DNA from: a virus | IMG/VR virus record: IMGVR_UViG_3300033075_000810 | Direction: 5' to 3' (one strand) | DNA length: 64,000 bases | Part shown: in pieces, positions 24,214 to 33,947 of the stretch | Numbering within the stretch: the first letter of the stretch is position 1 | How the letters are laid out: each line of letters starts with the position of its first letter | The notes under the pieces: model-generated | What the model saw: the letters and a program-made list of their open reading frames with translations, nothing else | Database searches by the model: none | Told to the model about the DNA's origin: nothing | Translations under genes and position numbers: made by a program

Positions 24214-24672
24214 TCATCCTCTGAATGGTGGCGGGTTAGGGATGGTTACCCCATCCTTGGTCGTCAGGATCTTGTCGGGCGGCATGTCCCACCAGTCGGC
24301 GTACATGACCGGCAGGCAGTCGGTCGTCTTCTCCAGCACGCCCTTGTACCACTCGACGTACTCCTTGTCCTCCCCCTTGGCTTTCGCCGCGATCTCGGGG
24401 TAGAGGGTCAGGAACGCCTCCGCGAGGTCCATGCTGGTACTGACGGGCAGGTCCGTGTCGAAGGGCGTCGGCTGGGCACTGGTGTAGTGCCAGGCTTCCT
24501 CGCGGTTCTTGACCCGCTCGCCGGCCCCGTAGGGGTTCGGCTCGGTGTTGGCCGCGTGGGTGAGGGTCAACCTCCAGGCACAGCCCGAGGGGGCCATGCC
24601 GAAGGTCGCCCTCAGCCTCTCGTAGCCGACCCAGTGGAGGATGTCGATCATCTCCAGCAGCATCCACTCCAT
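24214..24672 (-). CDS. hypothetical protein
   Basis: 152-aa ORF. Confidence 0.45.
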   Translation of the reverse strand: MEWMLLEMIDILHWVGYERLRATFGMAPSGCAWRLTLTHAANTEPNPYGAGERVKNREEAWHYTSAQPTPFDTDLPVSTSMDLAEAFLTLYPEIAAKAKGEDKEYVEWYKGVLEKTTDCLPVMYADWWDMPPDKILTTKDGVTIPNPPPFRG

Positions 24673-25172
24673 CAGTCCGAGTTCTCCCAGGTCAGGATAG
24701 CCGGCTCCCCGTTGATGTTGACATGCAGCCAGGCTTCCTCGTTGGAGTAGCAGCGGTCAACCTTCCACGGCAGGCCGGCCTCCCTGAAGGCACGGTCGCA
24801 CTGGTCTAGCTCGCCGTCGTCGGCGTAGCAGCAGTCGTAGAGGGCACGCTTGACGCCCTCGGGGATCGGGTAGATGACGAAGCGGCCCTGGGCCTTGGGG
24901 TGGTTGCAGGAGACGCCGCCCGTCTGGTTGGTATACCAGCCGCCGTTGTTGTCGAGATAGATCACGCCCTCATGGTCGAACAGGCAGGCCGCGTCCTCCT
25001 CGGTGGGACCGCCCTGGACGGGCTTCTCGGGTAACGCCGCGACGGCGTTCAGGGTCGAGACGATCTCCCCGATGAGGTCCATGTCCGTGTCAGGGCAGAA
25101 GTCCGCGATGACGACGCCCTTGTGTAGGAGGCGGCTGTGGTGGTAGTCCGTCTCGACCGTGAACTCGTTCAT
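24672..25172 (-). CDS. hypothetical protein
   Basis: 166-aa ORF. Confidence 0.45.
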   Translation of the reverse strand: MNEFTVETDYHHSRLLHKGVVIADFCPDTDMDLIGEIVSTLNAVAALPEKPVQGGPTEEDAACLFDHEGVIYLDNNGGWYTNQTGGVSCNHPKAQGRFVIYPIPEGVKRALYDCCYADDGELDQCDRAFREAGLPWKVDRCYSNEEAWLHVNINGEPAILTWENSD

Positions 25173-25666
25173 TTCTTGCCCTCAGCGGCCTCGACCCAGA
25201 ACTTCCTGCTCATGTCGATATTGGGGAACTTCAGAAGAGTCTGGCAGAAGGTGGCCGCGAGATCCCTGTGCCCAAGCTCCCTCAGACTGGCGATGACGCG
25301 GGTCATCCTGAGCCAGTTGTGGTTGAACCCGCCCATGACGGCGGGCGTCCCCTCGTAAATGATAGACTTGCCCCTGAGGCGGAAGTCCCAGAAGAGCAGG
25401 ATGCGGCGGAACGCCTCGACCACTCGGTCCCTAAGGACGGGGTCCGCAAACATGACCTCGGCCTCGTACTCGGTCAGGGTCGGGGCGTCGTGGAACATGC
25501 TCGGCTTGACGGTCGGGAAGAGCCACTGGATGTACTCATGGTGGCCCTCCAGTTCGTGGTCCGTCATCGCCAGGACGGAACTGTAGGTGTGGCCGTCAGG
25601 GGTGGGTGTGATGTCCCTGTAGAAGTCTAGGATGGGTGTGCGGGCCGGCGGGTTCGCGGTGGTCAT
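25169..25666 (-). CDS. opioid-growth-factor-receptor (OGFr) N-terminal-domain-like protein
   Basis: ILDFYRD...HEYIQWLFPT...APTLTEYE resembles the OGFr conserved region (PF04664). Confidence 0.45.
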   Translation of the reverse strand: MTTANPPARTPILDFYRDITPTPDGHTYSSVLAMTDHELEGHHEYIQWLFPTVKPSMFHDAPTLTEYEAEVMFADPVLRDRVVEAFRRILLFWDFRLRGKSIIYEGTPAVMGGFNHNWLRMTRVIASLRELGHRDLAATFCQTLLKFPNIDMSRKFWVEAAEGKK

Positions 25667-25702
25667 CGGATTCTCCTGTGGGCGTACAGGAGAATCAGAG
25701 TA

Positions 25703-26092
25703 TCACTGGGCCTTGTCCAGTTCAACCAGCGGCTCCTCAAATTGCATCGTGTCCTCGTCCAGGGAGTCCTTGTCCCAGGAGGGAACCTCGCCGCCGACCA
25801 GGCCCCAGAAGTTGTACCGGCGGTAGTCATCGACGTAGGGCAGGCCGTCGTCGCTGCGGGGCGGCAGGTGGTCGTGAGCGTCGTGGTACATCGTCAGCCA
25901 GACGCCGTCGTCGTTCTGGTACAGCAGGAAGCCGCAGTCCTTGGCCCCCTTCTCCTCGATCCTCTTGCGGAGGTACTCGATGTGGCTGGGACGGTCCTCC
26001 ATGACGTGGACGGACCCGACCTCAAGGTAGCTCAGGTCGAGCCTGAACCACAGGTAGTGTCCCGGCCTCTGGGGCAGCTTCGTCTTAGCCAT
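25703..26092 (-). CDS. hypothetical protein
   Basis: 129-aa ORF. Confidence 0.45.
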   Translation of the reverse strand: MAKTKLPQRPGHYLWFRLDLSYLEVGSVHVMEDRPSHIEYLRKRIEEKGAKDCGFLLYQNDDGVWLTMYHDAHDHLPPRSDDGLPYVDDYRRYNFWGLVGGEVPSWDKDSLDEDTMQFEEPLVELDKAQ

Positions 26093-26104
26093 CAGGCCCT
26101 CCGC

Positions 26105-26356
26105 TCAGTCGTGGTACTTGTACATGCCGGCGAAGCCGTAGTAGACGGGGATCACGCCCGCGTCCTGGGACAGTTCGTCCCTCTTGGCCTCACACTTGAT
26201 ACAGTAGCGGTAGCGGCTCGGATCTTCGCTGAGGAAGGAGTCGGTGCAGCCCGGCCCCAGGCACCGCACCACCCTGGGGACCGCGTTGGGGGAGACGTAC
26301 CGCCCCACCTCATGCTGCTTCTTCCTCTTCCCGTCCTTCTTGGGTTTGGCCTTCAT
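26105..26356 (-). CDS. hypothetical Cys-containing protein
   Basis: 83-aa ORF with CLGPGC...CIKCE. Confidence 0.4.
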   Translation of the reverse strand: MKAKPKKDGKRKKQHEVGRYVSPNAVPRVVRCLGPGCTDSFLSEDPSRYRYCIKCEAKRDELSQDAGVIPVYYGFAGMYKYHD

Positions 26357-26359
26357 GGC

Positions 26360-26599
26360 TCACTCCGTCATGTGTTCAAAATACTCGTCCCTGGTGATCT
26401 CCCTGGCGTCCACGACGCTTCCGATGAAGTTGTCGAGCATCTCGCCCGTCTCTACCGCCGTGGGCACGATCAGGTGCTTGGGCAGCTTGCAGGGCCAGCG
26501 GAAGAAGACATACGTCTCCGTGTAGTTCATGCCGCTGCCGCAGGCGTGGGTGATGCGGTAGAAGCGTTCCCTGATCTCCAACCCGTCACTCCTTCTCAT
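26360..26599 (-). CDS. hypothetical protein
   Basis: 79-aa ORF. Confidence 0.4.
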   Translation of the reverse strand: MRRSDGLEIRERFYRITHACGSGMNYTETYVFFRWPCKLPKHLIVPTAVETGEMLDNFIGSVVDAREITRDEYFEHMTE

Positions 26600-26939
26600 C
26601 GATCACCTTTTGCAGGCGGTCATAGAGGTTGATCTCCCTGGCGATCCTCAGGATGAGCTTGTAGGTCGCCTCGTCGCGGATGAACCTCTTAGGCCCCTTC
26701 CAGTCGTTCATGGCCTCCACCAGAAACTGGTCCGCGATCATCGACTTCTGTTGGGCCTCGGGCAGGGTCGTGTCGCACTCCTCGCAGTAGACCAGCGGCA
26801 TGACGATCCGCACGGCGAGCTTGCCGGGGATCTCGACGCGGTCCACCTCGCGGTGCTTGCAGGGCTTGTACTTGAGGCAGAAGAAGCACCGCTCGGTGCC
26901 CTCGGGCGGCTGCCCGCGAAAGTGGCCGATCCTTGTCAT
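26586..26939 (-). CDS. hypothetical Cys-rich protein
   Basis: CFFCLKYKPCKH...CEEC. Confidence 0.45.
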   Translation of the reverse strand: MTRIGHFRGQPPEGTERCFFCLKYKPCKHREVDRVEIPGKLAVRIVMPLVYCEECDTTLPEAQQKSMIADQFLVEAMNDWKGPKRFIRDEATYKLILRIAREINLYDRLQKVIDEKE

Positions 26940-26970
26940 GGATACACCTTAATCGCTTCGGGGTTCAGAT

Positions 26971-27354
26971 TCAAGACTTGAGCTTGGACGCACGCTGGTG
27001 GCCGGTGCCCGCCGGGACGTTCTCATTAGGGGTGTAGGACACCTCCTCGGAGACGAGCAGGACGCGGGTGGCGTCCTGCTGCAAAGTGCTTTCGCGGATC
27101 TCCGTATTCAGGCACGCACCCCAGACCAGTCCGCCGCCCTTCTTCTTGTGGACGATAGCCGACAGGTTGCCCTTGTTCCACGTCAGGACGAACAGGTCCG
27201 ACGCTGGGTCGCGTAGCCAGGCCGGAAAGTCGGGACGGTAGTGATTCGCATCGGTCGTGATGAAGTGGAACAGGTCAGAGATGGTCGCCCCGAAGCCGGC
27301 GGGCTGGGTGCGGCACACGGCCAGGAGCCTGGGTGTGACTTTGTAAGTGTCCAT
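26971..27354 (-). CDS. hypothetical protein
   Basis: 127-aa ORF. Confidence 0.45.
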   Translation of the reverse strand: MDTYKVTPRLLAVCRTQPAGFGATISDLFHFITTDANHYRPDFPAWLRDPASDLFVLTWNKGNLSAIVHKKKGGGLVWGACLNTEIRESTLQQDATRVLLVSEEVSYTPNENVPAGTGHQRASKLKS

Positions 27355-27388
27355 GCGAAGACTCCGGTTCCAGGGCGATAGGAACAGG

Positions 27389-27652
27389 CTAGTCCTCGTC
27401 GGCGGGGTGTCGAGTTTCGTGTCCGGGGAAAACGGGGACCAAATCGGCGTCGGCCTCGATCTCGGAGCCGATCCAGCGGCCTTCCTGGCGGTGCTTGCGG
27501 TGCAGGCAAAAAGGGGCGTACTCCATCGTGGTGGCCTCGTAGCGGGCCTTGGCAGCCTCGCGGGCCTCAGCCGAGGTGTAGACGCCGATCAGCGTCACGT
27601 CGGCGTCATCGAACTCCAGGCCGTTGTACCACTCAAGCATGTAGAGCATCAT
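27389..27652 (-). CDS. hypothetical protein
   Basis: 87-aa ORF. Confidence 0.45.
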   Translation of the reverse strand: MMLYMLEWYNGLEFDDADVTLIGVYTSAEAREAAKARYEATTMEYAPFCLHRKHRQEGRWIGSEIEADADLVPVFPGHETRHPADED

Positions 27653-27702
27653 ACCCTAAAGGAGCGAGGGCGGCGTCGGTTGCAACCGACGCCGCCCTCG
27701 CC

Positions 27703-27936
27703 TTAGGATCGCCACTTGGGCTTGCAGCCACCCTCACGCCTCCACTCGGCCTCCTTATGCCACTCAGCCAGCTTCTGGGCGAACGGCTTCTTGGGGTCTT
27801 CGCAGAGGTTGCCGTCTTCCGCGATCATCTCCTTGTTGCCAGTGATCACGGCGAAGATCACCAGCATGTACTTCCCGAATGCCGCGAGGCAGATCAGGAA
27901 GCCGAAGAAGAAGACCACGGCGAGTAGCTCGCCCAT
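27703..27936 (-). CDS. small membrane protein
   Basis: two hydrophobic segments. Confidence 0.45.
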   Translation of the reverse strand: MGELLAVVFFFGFLICLAAFGKYMLVIFAVITGNKEMIAEDGNLCEDPKKPFAQKLAEWHKEAEWRREGGCKPKWRS

Positions 27937-29006
27937 CAGTCACCGCCTTTCTCGACCTTGTCGAGGATGGCCTCCTCCTCGGTGACAATGGTCACCTTGG
28001 GGCAGTTCTCCTCGTAGAACATGGCGACGAACTCCAGGGCGGCATCCCAGCACTTGCCGACCCAGGAGAAGAACCGCCCCACCACGAAGAACGGCGGGGA
28101 GATCGTCACCAGCCCCTGGTGACACAGGGCCGCGAACCTCTGGTAGAAGCCGACCTTCAGACCGCCCCAGACGACGCCGAAGATCACGCCGCCGGCGAGG
28201 AGCAGGTAGAAGAACACCTTTGCCAGGAACTTCAGGGCGTTGAAGAACGAGGCGTCGGAGAACAGGCCGGCGAAGAAGCCGCAGACCGTGCTGCACACCC
28301 AGCAGACGCCGTTGAACGCCGGCACCGCCACGACGAACAGGCCGTAAGCCAGGCCGATTGCCAGCAGGACGTAGGCTACGTTCAGTGCCCACTTCAGGAA
28401 CACCTGAGAGAAGTTGGTCCAGAAGATCAACCTCTGCCGGAACGCCTCCTTCCGCTGCCGGTGCCTCTCGCGGGCGTCCAGCACCTTGGGCATCACCTCC
28501 ATGTAGACCGCCTTGGCCTCGTCCTCGGTCAGGGCCTGGAAGTGCCGCCCGTAGGCACCCCAGAACCTGTCGAAGCCAGGCTCGTCGGCCTTGCCCGTCC
28601 ACTCGCCAGCCAGCAGGCTCAGGAGCGTGCTACGCTCCTTGTGCTTGCACGGCGGCGGCGGGGGAGGCGGCTCCGTGGCCGGCCTGTCCGGCAGCTTGAA
28701 CATGGCGAAGAACTTCTCGACGTAGGGCCACAGCGGCGACAGGTCGATCATCGACACCGCCCCGATGAAGGCCCAGAAGACCACCGCCAGCACCCTGAAC
28801 AGTAGGATGAAGGGGCTGAGGAGGGCGATCAGATTCGTGAGGTGGAACAGGGGGCAGTAGTGCGTGTAGAGGAACATCGGCAGCCCGGTCTGCGACGGGT
28901 GCGTGATCTTCTTCGTGTCCACGCTGAACGCCCAGTGGAGGAGGCGATACCTCCAGTGGGAGAAGGAGAGTTTTCGCTCCTCCTTGAGAGAACTCAGGAT
29001 GCTCAT
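27936..29006 (-). CDS. multi-pass integral membrane protein
   Basis: 356 aa with at least six hydrophobic helices, a PPPPPPP linker and a central charged soluble domain. Confidence 0.55.
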   Translation of the reverse strand: MSILSSLKEERKLSFSHWRYRLLHWAFSVDTKKITHPSQTGLPMFLYTHYCPLFHLTNLIALLSPFILLFRVLAVVFWAFIGAVSMIDLSPLWPYVEKFFAMFKLPDRPATEPPPPPPPCKHKERSTLLSLLAGEWTGKADEPGFDRFWGAYGRHFQALTEDEAKAVYMEVMPKVLDARERHRQRKEAFRQRLIFWTNFSQVFLKWALNVAYVLLAIGLAYGLFVVAVPAFNGVCWVCSTVCGFFAGLFSDASFFNALKFLAKVFFYLLLAGGVIFGVVWGGLKVGFYQRFAALCHQGLVTISPPFFVVGRFFSWVGKCWDAALEFVAMFYEENCPKVTIVTEEEAILDKVEKGGD

Positions 29007-29070
29007 CGAACACTTCCTCCTTAGGGGTCGAACTGACGGAGGAGAGTATAAGCCGGATGCGAGGGACGGG

Positions 29071-29325
29071 TCAACCCGACAAATCGGTTTTGTCGAAGAG
29101 GCGGCTCGACCAATCGAGTTTTCCCTTAGTCCCGTCGTGGAACAGCGACAGACCGCCGGCCAGGATCTGGACCTTGATGTCCTCGGCGTGGAGTTCGTAG
29201 TCGGTGTACCGCTTCCTGCCGGTGTCGGGGTCAGGCTCGTCGTGGTAGACGCGGAACCAGTGGCGGTCGGTGAAGGGGTTGTAGAGGAGGAAGCCTTGGA
29301 CGCCTTCGGCGGGTTTCTCAGTCAT
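29071..29325 (-). CDS. hypothetical protein
   Basis: 84-aa ORF. Confidence 0.45.
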   Translation of the reverse strand: MTEKPAEGVQGFLLYNPFTDRHWFRVYHDEPDPDTGRKRYTDYELHAEDIKVQILAGGLSLFHDGTKGKLDWSSRLFDKTDLSG

Positions 29326-29446
29326 GTGCTGGCTGGCCCTTAGGCCAGCCGGGGGGTTAGGACAGGATTCAGAGCCTCTTGTCGGAGTTGCACCGACGTT
29401 GCCACATTACAAGTGTGGTAGATTAGCTGCTATCGTAAAGAGGCGT

Positions 29447-30058
29447 TCAGTAGCTTTTGCCTTCAAGGTAACGGACCCTGCGGATGTGCCGTCCGTTTCC
29501 GCGATTTCGACTTTTGTATGTAGGCAGCGTCGAGTCACAATTTGAACAGATCAACCTGAGGTTAGCCAGCGACCAGTCTTCAGAGTTGCCGCTAACGTGA
29601 TCCAGTATCATAGGCAACTCTTTGCCGCACCACTCCGCGACCCCGCAGATACTGCACTTGTGGCCGCAGACCTCTGTGAGATATCGCTTGGCGATGGGCG
29701 TGCTGCCATTGGGAACAACACCCGTTGACTCAACCGACCTCTTCCTCTCAGCCCACTCCCAGTCGGCTCTGCATTGGTTGGAACAGAACTCACGCTGCCG
29801 ACGTATCCTAATCTCTTCACCACAGTGGCGACAAGGGTGGATGTCAAGCCGGCTTGAGCAGATCACCCACGTCACCGACTTCCTTGCCGACACGCTCCAT
29901 GTTGGCGGCGAAATCTCTGACCTCTTCGGGCGACAACTTGCCGACGAACTGCATGTCGGGGATGTCACCCTCCGTGATCCGCTGCACCAGTTCCTCGCCG
30001 GTGCAGTTGCAGGCCCAGCCGTGGTGGAAGCTCTGGTGGAACCTGGCCGCACCCTCAA
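29447..30058 (-). CDS. HNH endonuclease (true start probably internal, near 29870)
   Basis: CRHCGEEI...CSNQC...CSICG...ILDHVSGN...NLRLICSNCDS; the N-terminal part of the listed ORF is artefact and overlaps the upstream gene. Confidence 0.55.
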   Translation of the reverse strand: MRVRPGSTRASTTAGPATAPARNWCSGSRRVTSPTCSSSASCRPKRSEISPPTWSVSARKSVTWVICSSRLDIHPCRHCGEEIRIRRQREFCSNQCRADWEWAERKRSVESTGVVPNGSTPIAKRYLTEVCGHKCSICGVAEWCGKELPMILDHVSGNSEDWSLANLRLICSNCDSTLPTYKSRNRGNGRHIRRVRYLEGKSY

Positions 30059-30416
30059 AAACGCGGTCGAACATGGCCGTCAGCAGGTCGATCTTCCCGC
30101 CGCCGGGTGTCTTCTCCTTGAGGTAGGTGTAGGAGAACTCGTCGGGGTGGTCGGGGTCCAAAAGGTGCCTGGCCTCGGGGTTGTAGTAGCGGAACCTCAG
30201 GCCGGCCCAGTGGGTGCCATCCGGGGTCCGCCAGATCATGCCCAGGAGGTTGGCCCGCTTGATCCTTTTGGCCTCGGAGTACTCCCTGGAGGGGGCGTCC
30301 GCGTACCACATCTTCAGGTAGAAGTTCTCAGGGCTTATTTCCACTGATAGGCTCCTTGACGGTGAGAGTGCCGTTGAGGCTGAACTCGGGATTGTTGAAG
30401 CCGAACGCCTGGGCAA
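29844..30416 (-). CDS. hypothetical protein
   Basis: 190-aa ORF; the distal part has weak composition. Confidence 0.4.
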   Translation of the reverse strand: MPRRSASTIPSSASTALSPSRSLSVEISPENFYLKMWYADAPSREYSEAKRIKRANLLGMIWRTPDGTHWAGLRFRYYNPEARHLLDPDHPDEFSYTYLKEKTPGGGKIDLLTAMFDRVFEGAARFHQSFHHGWACNCTGEELVQRITEGDIPDMQFVGKLSPEEVRDFAANMERVGKEVGDVGDLLKPA

Positions 30417-30693
30417 TGGCCTTGACGGCGGCGGGGTTGGGGAGCCTCTCGGCCAGATTCGCCAGGTGGACGCACAGACGGCGTCTCCAGACGCCGTCGT
30501 CGCCCTCCTCGATGGTCAGGACCACCCTGTACCCGAAGTCTAGGAAGACGATCCGGTGCGGGTCTTCCGAGACGATCCGGTGGTTCGCCTGGAGTGCCTC
30601 CAGATCGACCCTGCGGAGCGGGTTGTGGTTCGCATAACGGACAGCATAGGCGATCCGTTTGCGGGCCTCCGCGTCTATGACGAGCGGTCGCAT
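30328..30693 (-). CDS. hypothetical protein
   Basis: 121-aa ORF. Confidence 0.45.
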   Translation of the reverse strand: MRPLVIDAEARKRIAYAVRYANHNPLRRVDLEALQANHRIVSEDPHRIVFLDFGYRVVLTIEEGDDGVWRRRLCVHLANLAERLPNPAAVKAIAQAFGFNNPEFSLNGTLTVKEPISGNKP

Positions 30694-30706
30694 GACCCCT
30701 CCTTAG

Positions 30707-30919
30707 TCAGTTGTACAAGAAGATGAGCCTGGCGTATTCCGACTCGACTGCCGCCTTGGCCTCTTCCAGCGTCGGGAAGGGGCCTACGCCTTTGATCTTG
30801 TTGCAGTAGACCGCGTTTCCGCACCACCCTCCCTTGTCGGGGTAAACGCCGCCACCCTGTCCATCCGTGCCGAAGCACCAGAAGTCAGGGCGAGGTTTGT
30901 CCCATTGCTGCTGCATCAC
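30707..30919 (-). CDS. hypothetical protein
   Basis: 70-aa ORF. Confidence 0.4.
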   Translation of the reverse strand: MMQQQWDKPRPDFWCFGTDGQGGGVYPDKGGWCGNAVYCNKIKGVGPFPTLEEAKAAVESEYARLIFLYN

Positions 30920-31344
30920 TGGCCCTCATCGGAGGGCAGGATCTCCTCGTCCTTGGCGTTGGGCCGGAAACGGGCCGGGTCGCCCGCCGCGTCCACGCTG
31001 AAGAGCTTGTAGTCGGTGATGACACCACCCTCGACCCGGCCCTGACCCCGCGTCTTGAACTCGATCTTGACCCCATCCTTGAGAAGGGAAGTCAGCACCC
31101 TGCCGTGCGGGGTGTCCAGCGTCTCGATGTCGGCCATCACCACGTCACCTTCCTGGCGAAGCGTAGCACGGTGGGACACCTCGCCGTACACGACCGGCAC
31201 GAACTGCGTCGGCGTGTCGAGATGCCCCAGGTAGGGCTTGCCCAGGTGGTCCCTGAAGCAGCCCTCCGTGTAGATCCTGCCATTTCTATTGGGAACGCCG
31301 AGCTTGCACAACTCGGCGGTGTACTTCACCGTCTTCTCGCTCAT
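30916..31344 (-). CDS. hypothetical protein (MSEKTVKYTAEL...)
   Basis: GAGGAG RBS upstream of the internal ATG; the distal part of the listed ORF is artefact. Confidence 0.5.
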   Translation of the reverse strand: MSEKTVKYTAELCKLGVPNRNGRIYTEGCFRDHLGKPYLGHLDTPTQFVPVVYGEVSHRATLRQEGDVVMADIETLDTPHGRVLTSLLKDGVKIEFKTRGQGRVEGGVITDYKLFSVDAAGDPARFRPNAKDEEILPSDEGQ

Positions 31345-31559
31345 GGAATGCTCCTCGCGGCCCTGATCGGCCTTACGAGGAGTATAAGTGTCAGCCCCAC
31401 TTCCAGGGAAGGATCTGGCCGGTGGCCCTGGTCTGGTGGCCCTCCCACCACCACTCCCACTCGACCGTGCCGCAGACGTGTGGGCACCAGTCCTCGCCAC
31501 GGTCGAACGCGGCCACGCCCTGGAAGAAGTACTTCTTGGCGGTCTTCAACTTCATGGGG

Positions 31560-31877
31560 TCAACCCTGCGGGCGGGGTCCGTGGTGCTTGAACGCGACGA
31601 CGCGACCTCCGCTTCCCGTTGGACGCAGCAGGCTGCCGACCAGTTCCATGTCCCGCTGGAAAGTTTCCGCCTGCTCGTCGGCCTGCTTCAGGAACGCCCG
31701 CAGCGTGTCGGAATTGACCGGCACCTCGACCGGGGCGTGCCCGTCGAGGTGAACCTTGATCGTCAGATTGGTCGCGTTTCGGACGACCTCCAGGGACAGG
31801 CCCCGGAGGTTCAGTTCAGGACTCGCAATGCTCATGGTCGCACCCCCCGTCTGGGGCGGGCACGCCGCCCCGGCCAC
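31560..31877 (-). CDS. hypothetical protein
   Basis: 105-aa ORF. Confidence 0.45.
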   Translation of the reverse strand: MAGAACPPQTGGATMSIASPELNLRGLSLEVVRNATNLTIKVHLDGHAPVEVPVNSDTLRAFLKQADEQAETFQRDMELVGSLLRPTGSGGRVVAFKHHGPRPQG

Positions 31878-32982
31878 CGCAGTCGAAGCAGTCGTACCCG
31901 GTCCACCGCCAGGCTTCCGACCACCCGGCCCCGCCGCACCGCGTGCAGCGAACCAAGCCGTCCCGCTTCAGGCCGGCCTCAAAAGCCGCTTCCTTCCGGC
32001 GGGCTTCCGCGAGCCGAACCTCCTTGGTCCGCTCGCGGTCCCAGTACTCCTTGATCTCCCACATGAGCTTCTGGGCCTTGCCCAGGAAGCCGTGACCCGC
32101 CCAGCCGTTGTCCGACCAGGCGTTGTAGTTGCTGATGAAGACCTCGCGGAGGGTCTTGCCCTCGCCGTACCAGCGGTCCTTGAGGTACTCGCGGGTCCAC
32201 TCCACCAGGGTCGCCTTCGCCACCCCGGCGTTCATCTCGACGTACCCGTCGAGCAGGTTGTCGAACTGGACGACCGCCAGGTCCGCCTCCTTGCCGTGGA
32301 CCGCCTCGCTGAACTTCGGCTTGACGTACTTGTCGTAGACCTCATGGCTGCCGTTCCGGTGCTTGTTCAGGAACAGCGGCTTGCCGCCCTCCATGATCGG
32401 CTCGATCAGGCCCGCCGCGTCGTGGACGCCGTACACGACGTAGGTGAACTGGCCCCGGTCGCTGGTGGTGCCCAACTCGCGGGTGACCTGGCTGACGATC
32501 AGGCCCTCCTTGATCTTCTGCCAGAGGACCACCGACCCCGCCGGCAGCGGCTTGCCGGGGGTGTCGCGGAAGCGGTCGGTGTCCTCGATCACCGACAGCG
32601 TGCGGCCCACGAACCACGACCCCTTCGGCGGGGCGTCCGCCGCCTCGCCCCGGAACTTGTTGATCTCCGCGATCACGTCCCGGCGGTTGGGGCAGTTCTC
32701 GACCACCCAGTCGAGGTAGCTCGCCGGGATCTTGTCCAGCGGCTTGCCGGCGTGCTTGCCGAACGGGAAGACGTAGACCCCCTCAGGGACCGGCTCCGGG
32801 GCCGGAGCCTCGCCCACGACCTTCTCCATCGCCGCCTTCACGTCCGGGTCCAGTCGGCTGACGTTCGCCAAGGCCCATTGGAGGTAGCTCACCGGCACCT
32901 TCGCCACGTCCTTGCCGGCGTGCTTGCCGAAGGGCATCTCGACGCCGGTCAACTCCACCTTGGACTTCTTGGTCTTCGCCAT
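31816..32982 (-). CDS. tandem DUF3820-domain protein with C-terminal Cys-rich zinc-binding tail
   Basis: two copies of the (M/F)PFGKHAGK..(K/I)P.SYL.W motif (DUF3820-like); C-terminal CTRCGGAGW...CFDCGG...CDHEHC. Confidence 0.55.
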   Translation of the reverse strand: MAKTKKSKVELTGVEMPFGKHAGKDVAKVPVSYLQWALANVSRLDPDVKAAMEKVVGEAPAPEPVPEGVYVFPFGKHAGKPLDKIPASYLDWVVENCPNRRDVIAEINKFRGEAADAPPKGSWFVGRTLSVIEDTDRFRDTPGKPLPAGSVVLWQKIKEGLIVSQVTRELGTTSDRGQFTYVVYGVHDAAGLIEPIMEGGKPLFLNKHRNGSHEVYDKYVKPKFSEAVHGKEADLAVVQFDNLLDGYVEMNAGVAKATLVEWTREYLKDRWYGEGKTLREVFISNYNAWSDNGWAGHGFLGKAQKLMWEIKEYWDRERTKEVRLAEARRKEAAFEAGLKRDGLVRCTRCGGAGWSEAWRWTGYDCFDCGGRGGVPAPDGGCDHEHCES

Positions 32983-33304
32983 CCGCCACCTCCCGCGTAG
33001 TGAGCCGCCGGGACGACCCCCCGTCCCCGCACTATCATCTTAGGGTAAGGAGCTTAGGGTGTCAAGTCCCCTAAGAGATTTTCTTAGGATTGCGGCAGGC
33101 CGATGGTCACCTCGTCGGGTAGTTGTCGAGGCCGGCGAGGTTGCGGAGCCTCTGTCCGCTGCGGGACTTGTGCAGAGCCTCTAGCCAGGAGTCGCGGGGC
33201 CACAGTTGGCCGGCGTACTCACGGCTCCAGGCGTTCTGCAAGAAAGCGACGACGCGGTCATAAGCACCTCCATACAGGTGCAAATTAGCCCCGCGTCTGA
33301 CGTG

Positions 33305-33628
33305 TCAACCTCTTGCTAGTTCGGTTTCCGCCTTCGGCAGGACGACGTACTTGCCCTTGATGATGCCCTTGACCATCTCCGTGTCCTGGCCGTCGTCGCC
33401 GGTGTAGCGTTCGACGCCCATAACCTTCATACATCCCCGCTTCGTCCTGATAGTGCCTGGTTCGCACTCGTCCTTGCCCCTGGGCAGGTCGGAAGCCCTG
33501 ATCGCGTTGGAGGGCGTGCCCTTGCCGGCCAGGTCGCGGCCCAGGCCCAGGGCTGCGGAGAAGAAGGGGCCAATCTCGTTGACCGGCTGCTGCGACAGCC
33601 ATTCCTTGAAGTTGAGTTGCGGCTTCAT
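33305..33628 (-). CDS. hypothetical protein
   Basis: 107-aa ORF. Confidence 0.45.
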   Translation of the reverse strand: MKPQLNFKEWLSQQPVNEIGPFFSAALGLGRDLAGKGTPSNAIRASDLPRGKDECEPGTIRTKRGCMKVMGVERYTGDDGQDTEMVKGIIKGKYVVLPKAETELARG

Positions 33629-33632
33629 GCCC

Positions 33633-33947
33633 TTATGTAGCCACAGCCCCGCACGGTTTCTCGTCGCCGCAGAGCATGATCGGGCCGCACTCCTTCACGA
33701 CCACCTTGTAAGGTTCCATCCCCTGTTCCTCGATGCAGCCGAAGTAGAACTCGTCGCCGGCGACGACGCAGTGCTTGGCGAGAAACTTCCTGGCCCGCTC
33801 CACGTCCGCCGCATAGAGGACCATGTAGTCGGGGCAGTCGCCGTGCATCTCGGCCACGCCGACGTTGGTGTACCAGTCCGGCCTGAATGAGGGACCGTGG
33901 GGGCAAATGAGGGCTGAGAGGAGGCTTGCACTGTCTTTGACGCTCAT
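33633..33947 (-). CDS. hypothetical protein
   Basis: 104-aa ORF. Confidence 0.45.
   Translation of the reverse strand: MSVKDSASLLSALICPHGPSFRPDWYTNVGVAEMHGDCPDYMVLYAADVERARKFLAKHCVVAGDEFYFGCIEEQGMEPYKVVVKECGPIMLCGDEKPCGAVAT

Noticed and set aside
27879-28805. Plus-strand 308-aa and minus-strand 220-aa ORFs overlapping the multi-pass membrane protein gene
   Set aside because: Alternative frames of a GC-rich gene. The chosen frame gives coherent transmembrane helices.
31756-33000. 414-aa plus-strand ORF antisense to the DUF3820 gene
   Set aside because: Antisense artefact with Arg/Leu/Ala/Pro-rich low-complexity sequence.
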